A program made the position numbers and the translations under genes. 64,000 nt of DNA from an uncultured Gammaproteobacteria bacterium (GTDB lineage Bacteria; Pseudomonadota; Gammaproteobacteria; UBA9214): positions 1-64,000 of the forward strand of contig CAVYZN010000001.1 of assembly GCA_963773065.1 (NCBI GenBank). Reading direction: 5' to 3'. The stretch's first letter is position 1. The number at the start of each line of letters is the position of its first letter. This document shows positions 11,603 to 20,696 of this stretch, in pieces. Below the pieces are notes generated by a model, which was not told the origin of the DNA, ran no database searches, and worked only from the letters and a program-made list of their open reading frames with translations.

Positions 11603-11875
11603 AACAGAGGTTCGCGTGATTTCACTGTTCAATTGCAAATCATCCGGCCGGTTGTCAAGGCGGTACTGTGATGCCGTTTGGCGGGAGAATCAACGACGGC
11701 GTGCTTCTGTTTACACCGGCGGGAATCCAGTAAAGGCGTGGTTTCGGTTTGATCCCGGTATCTCCAATCCAGTCCCTGTTTACTGAAAATTCTTTCGTTT
11801 TATAATATTAAATATTATTTCCTGGATACGGATCCCCGGTCGGGGCGAGATTGTCGGTAACAACCTTACTAAGAG

Positions 11876-12238
11876 GTGAATAAATTGAATACGCCATCAA
11901 GAATCATGACTGTGCTTATCGTCGCTGTCGCTGCCCTGGGTGCGACCAGTGCCGGCGCCTGGTGGAACAACGACGACGATGATGATTATTATTACGATCG
12001 TCCCTGGCACGGAGGTCCGTGGTACGGGGGTTACCCGGGTTACGGCTGGGGTGGCTATCGGGGTTACGGCTGGGGCGGCTATCCGGGTTACGGCTGGGGC
12101 GGCAACCCGGGCTATGGCTGGGGTGGTTATCCGGGTTACGGCTGGGGTAGCTACCCGGGCTACCGTGGCCCGGTAGTCCGTATCTATACCGAACCGGTGG
12201 CTCCCGGTTCCGGCGCAAGCGAGGAAGTCGTTCATTAA
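11876..12238 (+). CDS. Secreted Gly/Tyr/Trp/Pro-rich protein, sulfur globule protein (Sgp)-like
   Basis: Sec signal ending SAGA, mature N-terminus WW, PWHGGPWYGG, then GGYPGYGW repeats. Confidence 0.65.
   Translation: MNKLNTPSRIMTVLIVAVAALGATSAGAWWNNDDDDDYYYDRPWHGGPWYGGYPGYGWGGYRGYGWGGYPGYGWGGNPGYGWGGYPGYGWGSYPGYRGPVVRIYTEPVAPGSGASEEVVH
12026..12169 (+). repeat. About 6 tandem 24-nt coding repeats (GGYPGYGW)
   Basis: Repeated ggtggctatccgggttacggctgg-like units. Confidence 0.9.
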
Positions 12239-12410
12239 CGGGGTGGCGGGAAGCAGAGTACGATGACTTCCGCGTTATCGGGACGACCGGAACGCCCTGT
12301 CCCGGGCATCGAGAAATGGACGGACGTCGAAGTGGTTCTATAACCAATACTCCGTACAGGAGGAATGAGATTCCCAGTACGGTCGGGTAGCGGTTACCCG
12401 GGTACTCCGA

Positions 12411-13313
12411 TCAACCCTTTGTCCCGTTTTCGATCCACTGACGTATCCGGTTGGAGTCGCCGAAGGGCGTCAGCTTGCCGAAGGAGTTGAGCAGCACGAT
12501 GACCAGGGGCTCTTTGGCTATCATCACCCGCATCACGAGGCAGCGGCCGGCCTCGTTGATATAGCCGGTCTTGCTCAGTTCAATCTTCCAGGATGCGTTT
12601 TTCAGCAGGCGGTTGGTGTTGTTGAACCTGAGTTCGCCTCGGCCCTTGTACGGATGGACACTCATGTTCCGGGTGGTGGTCGCCTCGCGGATTAGCGGGT
12701 ACTTCAGTGCGGCGTGAGCCATTTTCACCATATCCTGGGCCGTGGCGACATTGCCGCTATCCAGCCCGGCAGGATCGGCAAAGTGACTGGACTTCATGCC
12801 TAGGAACCTGGCCTTTTTGTTCATGTCCTGGACGAAGACCTCGCGACCTCCGGGATAGGTGCGGGCGAGGGCGTTGGCCGCCCGGTTTTCAGATGCCATC
12901 AGCGCGAGACGCAGCATCTGGTCGCGCGTCAGCGTGGCGCCGGGTCCCAGACGCGAACCGGAGAGGCGGATGATATCGCGGTCCTCCCGGGTGATGGTGA
13001 TGCGCTCCTCTGGCGCAAGCGCGGCGTCCAATACGACCATGGCGGTCATCAGCTTGGTGATCGAGGCGATGGGTTGGGGTTTGTTTACTTGCTTGGCATA
13101 GATTTCGTTGCCGTGACTGTCCACAACCAGCACGGATTCCGACTCGAGTCTCAGTTGTTTCGGATTCAGCGATTTCCAGAGGGTGGATACCCCCGTCGGC
13201 ACGTCCGGAACAGCAGGCTGCTGCATGGCCAGCGGCGTGGGGTTTTCCTCCGCAAGGACAGCTTCGACGAGGACGGAGGCCGACAGCCAGCAGAGCAGGA
13301 GGAGTTTTTTCAT
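12411..13313 (-). CDS. pbpG: D-alanyl-D-alanine endopeptidase, peptidase S11 (PBP7-like)
   Basis: SxxK (ASITK), SxN (SEN) and KTG motifs; signal peptide. Confidence 0.85.
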   Translation of the reverse strand: MKKLLLLCWLSASVLVEAVLAEENPTPLAMQQPAVPDVPTGVSTLWKSLNPKQLRLESESVLVVDSHGNEIYAKQVNKPQPIASITKLMTAMVVLDAALAPEERITITREDRDIIRLSGSRLGPGATLTRDQMLRLALMASENRAANALARTYPGGREVFVQDMNKKARFLGMKSSHFADPAGLDSGNVATAQDMVKMAHAALKYPLIREATTTRNMSVHPYKGRGELRFNNTNRLLKNASWKIELSKTGYINEAGRCLVMRVMIAKEPLVIVLLNSFGKLTPFGDSNRIRQWIENGTKG

Positions 13314-13442
13314 GGTCCAAGGGTCCGGTTGTTCCATCAAATAGCACTTTGGACCAGTCGTTTGCCGAATGCAATCCACCTAAGACGATTCACGCCGCAC
13401 GCGTTGTCACTCGATCAGGTGGAATGACGGTATGAAGCCAGA

Positions 13443-13485
13443 GGGTCGGTGACACCTGCCGGAGCCCGGACGGCGTCACCGACCC
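13443..13485. terminator. GC-rich stem-loop, probable terminator
   Basis: gggtcggtgac ... gtcaccgaccc inverted repeat just downstream of the small minus-strand ORF. Confidence 0.5.
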
Positions 13486-13519
13486 CCCTTGATCTATTCA
13501 GTCAGTCGGCGCGGTGTGT

Positions 13520-13669
13520 TCAGCCGGTTCTGGTGAAGCTGTACTCACTGCCGCGCCGCGCGGCCTTGATGCCGACGCGCTCGAAGACGAACTCCTCGCC
13601 GTCTTCGATGTCGCGCGGCTCGCCGCCGACCGCGATGAAGCCCTCGCGCGTGACGCCGCAGTGGACCAC
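13520..13669 (-). CDS. Small hypothetical protein or 5'-truncated gene (49 aa), absent from the ORF track
   Basis: VVHCGVTREGFIAVGGEPRDIEDGEEFVFERVGIKAARRGSEYSFTRTG* with strongly G/C-ending codons. Confidence 0.5.
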   Translation of the reverse strand: MVHCGVTREGFIAVGGEPRDIEDGEEFVFERVGIKAARRGSEYSFTRTG

Positions 13670-13906
13670 CCCAAGCTTGCTATTTTCATAGGCGTGCCGG
13701 TGCGATTATTCAAGCGACAGAAGCCGCATGGATGGTGCGGATACGGACCGGTGACCGCGTCGCTACGAGGGCCGGTTGACCGTTCCTGCCAACCGTGGTC
13801 ATTCACAGGTAATGACTATCAACTGCGCACTGCCCTTGGAAGGGAACAGGATTCAAGTTATGAGAGTGCAACGCCGGGCTAGTTGCTTCCGCTTTGACGA
13901 TGCCGC

Positions 13907-14368
13907 TCATCTCCTTATCAATCTCAGGTCGGTGACGAAGTCTTGCGGCTCACCGATCTTGATCTTGGCGAATGAGGGGTGCAGCGGGTTGAGCAGGTAG
14001 TTGGTTTCCGATGGAATGACCGCGCTCGGTACGGCCAGCACGGCGCTCGACCGGCGCTTGGCCCATTCGGTGCCGATGGCTTGCAACTGCTCCCGCAGGG
14101 CGAGGTCACGCCAGTCGGCGGGAAGTTGATCGGGAGCGATCCGCTCGATCTTCAGATTCCTGGACAGTGTCGCCGGGATCATGACGTAGCGGGCGCGCAG
14201 CGGCTCGTCCTGCACCAGCAGTTCCAGCATCGCCAGCGACTGGCTGCCGGCGGTGTACACCATCGGGACGCCCTTGCGGTTCCAGCGCCCTCCGTAGAGG
14301 CGAGCACCTTCACCCGAGAACGCGCTGTCCGCGAACCGCGTCGTAAGCAGCCGCCAGACGGTCCGCAT
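13907..14368 (-). CDS. RES-domain toxin (NAD+ phosphorylase/mART type)
   Basis: GEGARLYGGRWN, LAMLE, VPSAV and NYLLNP motifs. Confidence 0.92.
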   Translation of the reverse strand: MRTVWRLLTTRFADSAFSGEGARLYGGRWNRKGVPMVYTAGSQSLAMLELLVQDEPLRARYVMIPATLSRNLKIERIAPDQLPADWRDLALREQLQAIGTEWAKRRSSAVLAVPSAVIPSETNYLLNPLHPSFAKIKIGEPQDFVTDLRLIRR

Positions 14369-14820
14369 CAGGCAAAAACGCCGTGCTCGATACGCCCGAG
14401 GGTATCCAGTACGCTTTCCGCGCCGATGTCGGTATCCAGCAGGGACAGCGGGGTTGCCCCGGAAAGCGCGGCGTTCGGGGATTTCAGCCAGTCGAGGGCG
14501 GCATCCAGATTCTCGAAGACTTTCTCGGCCCGTTCGACGACACGGGCGAGCCGCACCAGCTTGGTCGATTCCTCGCTGTTGAGCATGCCTTCCTTCTTGC
14601 GCCGGGCGAGGGTGCGTTCAGGAATACCCAGGGCTGCGGCCAGTTCGGATTGGGTGACGTGTAGGGTCTTGGCGAGCGAATCCACCGCGGCCGAGGAAAT
14701 GCCGTGCCGGATGACCGATACCCAATCCAGGGGGGTGCGGGGCTTGGCCTGCAAGACTCGCTTGCCGCCGAGCAGGGCTTCAACCGAGAGGGCGGGATGT
14801 GCAATTGCGGCAGTGGTCAT
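14368..14820 (-). CDS. Xre/MbcA/ParS-type antitoxin
   Basis: HTH (LAAALGIPERTLARR) and WLKSPNAAL..ATPLSLLDT..G...V...LGRIEHG; its stop overlaps the toxin start. Confidence 0.92.
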   Translation of the reverse strand: MTTAAIAHPALSVEALLGGKRVLQAKPRTPLDWVSVIRHGISSAAVDSLAKTLHVTQSELAAALGIPERTLARRKKEGMLNSEESTKLVRLARVVERAEKVFENLDAALDWLKSPNAALSGATPLSLLDTDIGAESVLDTLGRIEHGVFA

Positions 14821-14966
14821 GATGGTCCTCCATTGTTTGCCATGTGGCAGTTATAGTACGCAATTATGGCGTAAACTGCCAATCCCGATCCCGAAGGGCG
14901 CTACGCCAGTTCTGTGCCATCGATTGCAACGGTGGCGGCTACCGCACGATTGTTGGTCCGCGATCT

Positions 14967-15125
14967 CGCGTGTTTACGCTCGATGCTCTCATTATCAACG
15001 GCATCGGCAAGATTCGCGTCGACGACTCGACCTGGAAGATCGAAGGCGCGGATTGCCCGTCGGGCACGAAGGTCAGGGTTGCGGGGATCGAGAATACGGT
15101 GTTGAAGGTGGAAGTGGCGGGTTAA
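14967..15125 (+). pseudogene. 3' fragment of an NfeD/YbbJ-family gene (OB-fold part only)
   Basis: RVFTLDALIINGIGKIRVDDSTWKIEGADCPSGTKVRVAGIENTVLKVE; the N-terminal TM part is missing. Confidence 0.7.
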
Positions 15126-15146
15126 ATAGCGCGCCTTTAGATCAGG

Positions 15147-16277
15147 CTAGTTGGTTATGGGTGCGTTGGCGGAAACAGCGCGCTGAGCTGTCTCTTCCTT
15201 CTCGTAGCCCGCGGCAGCCCAGGGCGGGGAGCTGGGTACCCGGGGCGCTTTCGCCAGCATCTCGGCGAGTTCCGGACTCCCGGGCGTGATGGGGACCGGT
15301 ATGCCGCGCGCTTCGCGAGCGACTTTTCCGGCCTTCTCCCAGCTTACCTTACCGGGCAGATCAGCCGCTTTCGTCGCGATGGCCTTTTCCATGGGGGTCA
15401 GGCTTCCGTTCCAGCGCTTGACGTCCTCGACGAGCGGCTGGTGTACCTCAAGGTAGAGTTGACCGTTACGCCACCCGGCTACGTAGGGTTCATTGATGAT
15501 GCGCACCGGCGTTCCCACGGGGACCTCGGGGAACAATCGGGCAATGTCCTCGGGATAGAGCCGTATACACCCATGGCTGACCCGAAGGCCGACGCCGTAG
15601 GGTTTGTTGGTGCCGTGAATGAGGTAGCTCGGAAGACTGAGGCGCATCGCGAAATCGCCGAGCGCATTGTCGGGTCCCGGGGGCACCACCGGCGGCAGCG
15701 GGTCGCCCTGCTCGGCGTGCTCTTTGCGCACCGATTCGGGCACCGTCCACGCGGGGTTCACGATCTTCTGGGTAATGCGGGCGGTACCCTGCGGGGTCTG
15801 CCAGCCTTCCCGGCCAATTCCGATGGGGTATGTGATGACCACGGCGGGTTCACCCGGGCCAGGTTTCGGGTAGTAGAAGAGCCTCATGGAGGCGAGGTTC
15901 AACACCAGTCCCTCGCGCGCTCCATCCGGAAGCACGAACTGCGTGGGCAGCACCACCTGCGTGCCCTCGCCCGGCAGCCAGGGGTCGACACCCGGATTCG
16001 CCGCGACCATCTCCTCGTATCCCAGGTCGTAGCGGCGGGCGATTTCGACGAGCGTATCCTCGTAGCGGGTGGTGGTGACTTGCAGGTCTCCGACGACATC
16101 CGTTCCTTCCGGCGGAAGCGGGAACCGGTCGCTCGGTGTGGGACCCGGTGATGGCGTCGCCCAGGCGTGGCGCCAGTCGGACAGGCTGGCACACCCGGAC
16201 AGGCAGATTACGGCCCAGAACGCCGCAGTCGCGGCGATCCAGAAACGGCGGTCGTAGCGTGACTTGAATGTTTCCAT
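15147..16277 (-). CDS. L,D-transpeptidase (ErfK/YbiS/YcfS/YnhG family), probable lipoprotein
   Basis: LSGC lipobox, ANPGVDPWLP LysM-like region, catalytic HGTN...VSHGCIRL. Confidence 0.92.
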   Translation of the reverse strand: METFKSRYDRRFWIAATAAFWAVICLSGCASLSDWRHAWATPSPGPTPSDRFPLPPEGTDVVGDLQVTTTRYEDTLVEIARRYDLGYEEMVAANPGVDPWLPGEGTQVVLPTQFVLPDGAREGLVLNLASMRLFYYPKPGPGEPAVVITYPIGIGREGWQTPQGTARITQKIVNPAWTVPESVRKEHAEQGDPLPPVVPPGPDNALGDFAMRLSLPSYLIHGTNKPYGVGLRVSHGCIRLYPEDIARLFPEVPVGTPVRIINEPYVAGWRNGQLYLEVHQPLVEDVKRWNGSLTPMEKAIATKAADLPGKVSWEKAGKVAREARGIPVPITPGSPELAEMLAKAPRVPSSPPWAAAGYEKEETAQRAVSANAPITN

Positions 16278-16539
16278 GGCGCCAAGCATGAAGGGCAACG
16301 ACCCGGTTTGTAAAGAGCGTGTGAGGCGGCGACGACCGGCGCGGAGTGCATTGCCGGCCGTTCGCGTTCTCCAGGCGCCGATGGTTTGAACAAGCGGCGT
16401 TGCTAACCGCAGAACCAGCTCTCCGGACATAGAAACCCTGCATTCGGACCTGCGAGTTCGCATTCAGCGTGCAATTCAGCGGACCAAAAGTGCAGCTGTT
16501 TGATGGCTACAATGATGTCAGGACCCTCTGCGATGAGTT

Positions 16540-17057
16540 GGTGCCATAGGTCCCTACGCGATTGGACTCGGAATGGTAAGCTTCCAAATTACGCAGCGAT
16601 GATTGAGCGATCAGACTTCCGGGAATCGTGCCTTGATTTCAATTTTCCCTCAGACAATAGCCTGGTAAATGATACTCATCAAAAAGCTAGAAACCAGGCG
16701 ATGATCAGATTTTTGCGCGCTTGAATACCTGTCAGACCTTGTAGGCTGATGCCTGCATAGCTGCGCTAGGACAGAATCCACCAGTGGCGGATTGTACGTG
16801 CTCCATGGTGACCGTCTTCAGGTTGTACTAGACTCAACGCATAAAGTTATAGTTTATGCGACTCGCGCCCTGATTGGGCCTAAAAACATAAATCCAAGTA
16901 TCAAGAGCAGCAACCAGCCGCCAACACCTGCGATCTCGCTCTGGTTCGATGCGGCAGCGGGATACCTGTTGGCAACCCGTTTGATGGCCTGTGATATCGC
17001 CCAGGCTATCAAGATCAGCAATCCCAGCGGGAGGAAAGACAGCAGCATTGAGTCCAT
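16540..17057 (-). pseudogene. Degraded DUF2569-like membrane protein gene
   Basis: N-terminal GVGGWLLLL motif. A broken C-terminal SIIAA.IW.AY...SNRVGTY near 16545-16610 resembles the family end. Multiple stops and lower GC. Confidence 0.5.
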
Positions 17058-17643
17058 TGGTGATTCCCTCTGAGGTAGCTAACGCACGCTAGCTCATTCA
17101 CCATGGCGATGAAACGGGATTGACTCCGCATTCATGACCATTAGTCCTGTATGAACGTCAGAAGCATGGAAATCCGATGTTCGCGCTGCAGACATTATCT
17201 CAGGAGATTTCGCTAGTCCGCTACACTGCGCCACAATCGTTTCGTGTCGAAAGCATCGAGCAATCGTAGATCTTCGGTCGTACTGTATGGAAGCAACATT
17301 GTGAGTTGCCACGCGCAGAGCGATGAGCTTAAGGTAGATCACTTTGGACTGCTGCAATCAGAAGGTAGAATGGTGGAGCGAGTTTCAATTGACTCGATAC
17401 ACCGTAATCGCCGTCCCGGCGGATGGTAGCCACCTGGGTCCGCAGGTGCAGGCGTATTCACATTCCCGGCCGTGTTGCGCCATGCTCTGCGGTAGATCCG
17501 TGTCCAGGCAGGGGGCAGGTGCGCAGGGTAATCCACCGGCGGCAACTGGACCAAAGATCACAGGGTTGAAAGTTTCTGCGCGGCGTCCAGAATGACAGCC
17601 TGGGCGGCAGTTCACCGATCCTCTCTGATGCCGGGAATACACC

Positions 17644-18240
17644 ATGCCAGGCGCTTACGATGACAGCATCCTGACCGTCTCCTGTCCCGAGGCTTCGCGG
17701 GTCGCGATCCTCTCCGATACGCATGGGCGGCTCGATCCGCGCATCGCCGGGGTCGTGGCCTCCTGCGATTGCGCGGTGCACGCCGGGGATATCGGCGCCG
17801 CGGCGGTGCTCGCCGCCCTGCGGCCGCTCATGAAAACGGTGGTCGCCGTGCTGGGCAACAACGACGTGGCGGGGAAGCTCGGCGCGGACGATTGGGCGAT
17901 GCTGCGTGAGGTGCCGCTCGAGGCGCGACTCGAACTCCAGGGCGGACTGCTGGTGGTCGTGCACGGGCACCAGGCCGGGCCGGCCAGCCGGCGGCATGTC
18001 TGGTTGCGCAACCGTTATCCCGCGGCGCGTGCCGTCGTCTATGGTCACAGCCATCGCTTGGTGTGCGACCAGACGGAGACACCGTGGATCCTGAACCCGG
18101 GCAGTGCGGGCCTCACCCGCACCTTCGGCGGACCCTCCTGCCTGGTGCTCACGGCCGGGGTGAAGCGCTGGACGATCGAGACCCTGCGTTTCCCGCCGCC
18201 GGTCAAGGCCGGCCGTCGGAGCGAAGCCGCCGCGCCGTGA
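17644..18240 (+). CDS. Metallophosphoesterase (YfcE/MJ0936 family)
   Basis: SDTHG, HAGD, GNND, VHGH, GHSH and NPGS motifs. Confidence 0.9.
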   Translation: MPGAYDDSILTVSCPEASRVAILSDTHGRLDPRIAGVVASCDCAVHAGDIGAAAVLAALRPLMKTVVAVLGNNDVAGKLGADDWAMLREVPLEARLELQGGLLVVVHGHQAGPASRRHVWLRNRYPAARAVVYGHSHRLVCDQTETPWILNPGSAGLTRTFGGPSCLVLTAGVKRWTIETLRFPPPVKAGRRSEAAAP

Positions 18241-18367
18241 TTCCGGGTGGTATGTCGATGGGGTGGGGGAGTATATTCTGCCGCGCGATGGCGCATTATT
18301 GACCGCACCGCCAGACCCGAATCAACAGATTCCCCCGTTTCCCTACCAGACTATGAGGACCCGTTAC

Positions 18368-18928
18368 ATGTCGTTGATGCCTGATGTACCGCTTTCCGAA
18401 GACGAGTATGTCGAACTGGATGCCTTTCTGTTTTCGGGCGGCGACGAGGAAGAGCGGCTGTCGGTGGATGAGGCCCACGGGTTTATCACGGCCCTCATCG
18501 TCGGGCATGTACCGCTGGCCCCGGAGGTGTGGCTGGAATCGGTCTGGGGGAAGCCCGCGTTTGCCGATGAGGCCGAGCGGCAGCGCATGACGGGCCTGCT
18601 GCTGCGCATGTATCGTGAAATTTCCACGACGCTCAGGGCGGGGCAGTCATTTGAGCCGCTGTTCGTCGAGGTCGAGGAGGACGGCGAGGTGGTGGTGGCC
18701 CACGAGGGTTGGTGTTTCGGCTTCATGCTGGCGGTCAGCGGCGACGAGGAACGCTGGGACCGATTGCCGAAATATGAACAGTCATTGCTGGGGCCGATCG
18801 CCAGAATCGCGCTGCTGCATGTCGAGGAAGAACCGGAGATCGATGAGGAGGAGTATGAAATGCTGGTCGAGCTCCTGCCGGGTGCGGTCGCGGGCCTGCA
18901 CGCCTATTGGGAATCAAACTGGGGTTAG
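18368..18928 (+). CDS. YecA/UPF0149 family protein
   Basis: PLSEDEYVELDAFL, EAHGFITAL and WCFGFM motifs. Confidence 0.8.
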   Translation: MSLMPDVPLSEDEYVELDAFLFSGGDEEERLSVDEAHGFITALIVGHVPLAPEVWLESVWGKPAFADEAERQRMTGLLLRMYREISTTLRAGQSFEPLFVEVEEDGEVVVAHEGWCFGFMLAVSGDEERWDRLPKYEQSLLGPIARIALLHVEEEPEIDEEEYEMLVELLPGAVAGLHAYWESNWG

Positions 18929-19061
18929 GCAATCACCGCATACCAAGATCATCACCATGACCGGGATGGGCTTGTCGGAACGCCGTGAATACGTCCCTGT
19001 AGGCTCGTGTGCCGCCGTCCTCGGCGGTTCATCGTGAATCAAGGAGTCGTACCCGCCCACG

Positions 19062-20267
19062 CTAGGATCCGGGTACGACGAGAAACTCGCCGGCGATAAT
19101 CTCGGTGCTTTCCAGGCGATTGACATTGAGCAGCTTGTCTACCGTCGTGCGGTAATGCTGCGCTATCGTGCTCAGTGTGTCGCCCTGAAGAATCCGGTGG
19201 CGGATCGACTGGATGCGTTCCTCCTCGGGCAGTTGGGCGAGGCGCTCGCGGAAGACCCGCGCACTCGCCTTCGGGATGAGCAGGGTATTCGGTCTGTCGG
19301 GCGGGGTGATCAGGCGGTTGATGCCGGGGTTTAAGCCTTTGATTTCGTCTTCGGAGATGCCGGCGAGGCGCGCGGCCACCTGCAGATCGATCCGTCCTTG
19401 CGTGTCGACGCTGGTGAAGTAGCGCGTGTCGGGTAGAGACGGCAGCGTGATGTTGTAGTGTGCCGGATTATTGATTATGGTCCGCAGGGCGATCAGCTTG
19501 GGCACATAATCCCGGGTTTCCTCCGGCAGCGGCAAATGCCAGAAATCGACCGGCTTTCCCTCGATGCGGTTTTGCTCGATTGCGCGTTGAACCCGCGCGC
19601 TGCCCGCGTTATAGGCCGCCAGGGCCAGCAGCCAGTCGCCGAAGCATCGATGAAGCTGTGTCAGATAGTCCAGGGCGGCCTCGGTGGCATCGATGATGTC
19701 CTTGCGCCCGTCATACCACCAGCTCTGGCGCAGGCCGAGCTGCGCGGCCGTGTCGGGCATGAACTGCCATATTCCAACCGCCCCCACCGGCGAGATGGCG
19801 TGCGGGTCAAAAGCGCTTTCAACGAACGGCACCAACGCCAGCTCCGCCGGCAGCCCACGTTGTTCCACGCGGTTCAGAATATGGAAAAGATAGGGTTTGC
19901 CACGCTGCAATACCCGCGCGGTGGCGCCGGGGTGATTGCTGAAACTCTTAAGATAGACTTGAATCGCATGCGGGGCGGATTTCGGCAGGGAAAAACCGCC
20001 GCGCATGCGGCTCCAGATCTCGCCGACGGGCGCCGTGTCCGCCGCGGTGTCTTCAGCCGGCGGATCAGTTGCGGGTGGCATGGATTCCAAAAACGGATCC
20101 GGGGGACAGTGGTCTGACATCCGAGTAACGTCGCAGCGCAATGTGTTCCATTCCACGTCAGGACCGGTCACGCCTCGTCCTGTCGTCAGGGCGGTGATAC
20201 TCGCTACCGCGGATACTGCCATTGCCAGGCCAGGCAGCCAGGGCAATTTCGTCGTTATCGTATTCAT
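19062..20267 (-). CDS. MltD-like lytic murein transglycosylase with C-terminal LysM
   Basis: PFVESAF, GAVGIWQFMP, ALAAYNAG, ETRDYVPK and GDTLSTIA LysM; start codon uncertain. Confidence 0.9.
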   Translation of the reverse strand: MNTITTKLPWLPGLAMAVSAVASITALTTGRGVTGPDVEWNTLRCDVTRMSDHCPPDPFLESMPPATDPPAEDTAADTAPVGEIWSRMRGGFSLPKSAPHAIQVYLKSFSNHPGATARVLQRGKPYLFHILNRVEQRGLPAELALVPFVESAFDPHAISPVGAVGIWQFMPDTAAQLGLRQSWWYDGRKDIIDATEAALDYLTQLHRCFGDWLLALAAYNAGSARVQRAIEQNRIEGKPVDFWHLPLPEETRDYVPKLIALRTIINNPAHYNITLPSLPDTRYFTSVDTQGRIDLQVAARLAGISEDEIKGLNPGINRLITPPDRPNTLLIPKASARVFRERLAQLPEEERIQSIRHRILQGDTLSTIAQHYRTTVDKLLNVNRLESTEIIAGEFLVVPGS

Positions 20268-20696
20268 CGTGATGCATCTCCAAGGTGATAGTTCCTGGTT
20301 TTGCATTGCACACCCGAGCAGCAATCGCAAGCATCTGTCGGCATCCGCGCAACGGGATGATTCTTGCCCCTGTGACCTAGATGCTAAGGGTATACGGATA
20401 AGAGATGAATTGTACCTAGGTCCTAGCCGCATTTCTCCCCCGGCGACGGCAGCACGACATAAGGCATAGAGGTAATGAAAAGAGTGACGACTCAATAACA
20501 TAACATCCGGTATCCGTAGCCTACCGTGATACCGGTCGGGGGCGAGAGTTGTGGCGCCGCTGCATACGCTTAGGCCGCCGGAGGCGCGAGGCTTGCCCTT
20601 GTCTTCCGCCCGGGCGTGTACGACACTAGCGCACGGCGAATTATCATTTCAACCAAACCAGACTCGCGGCGGGGAGCACCGCCTTAAGGGGGAACG

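Noticed and set aside
12026-12169. CRISPR array
   Set aside because: The repeats are contiguous in-frame 24-mers without unique spacers; no cas genes
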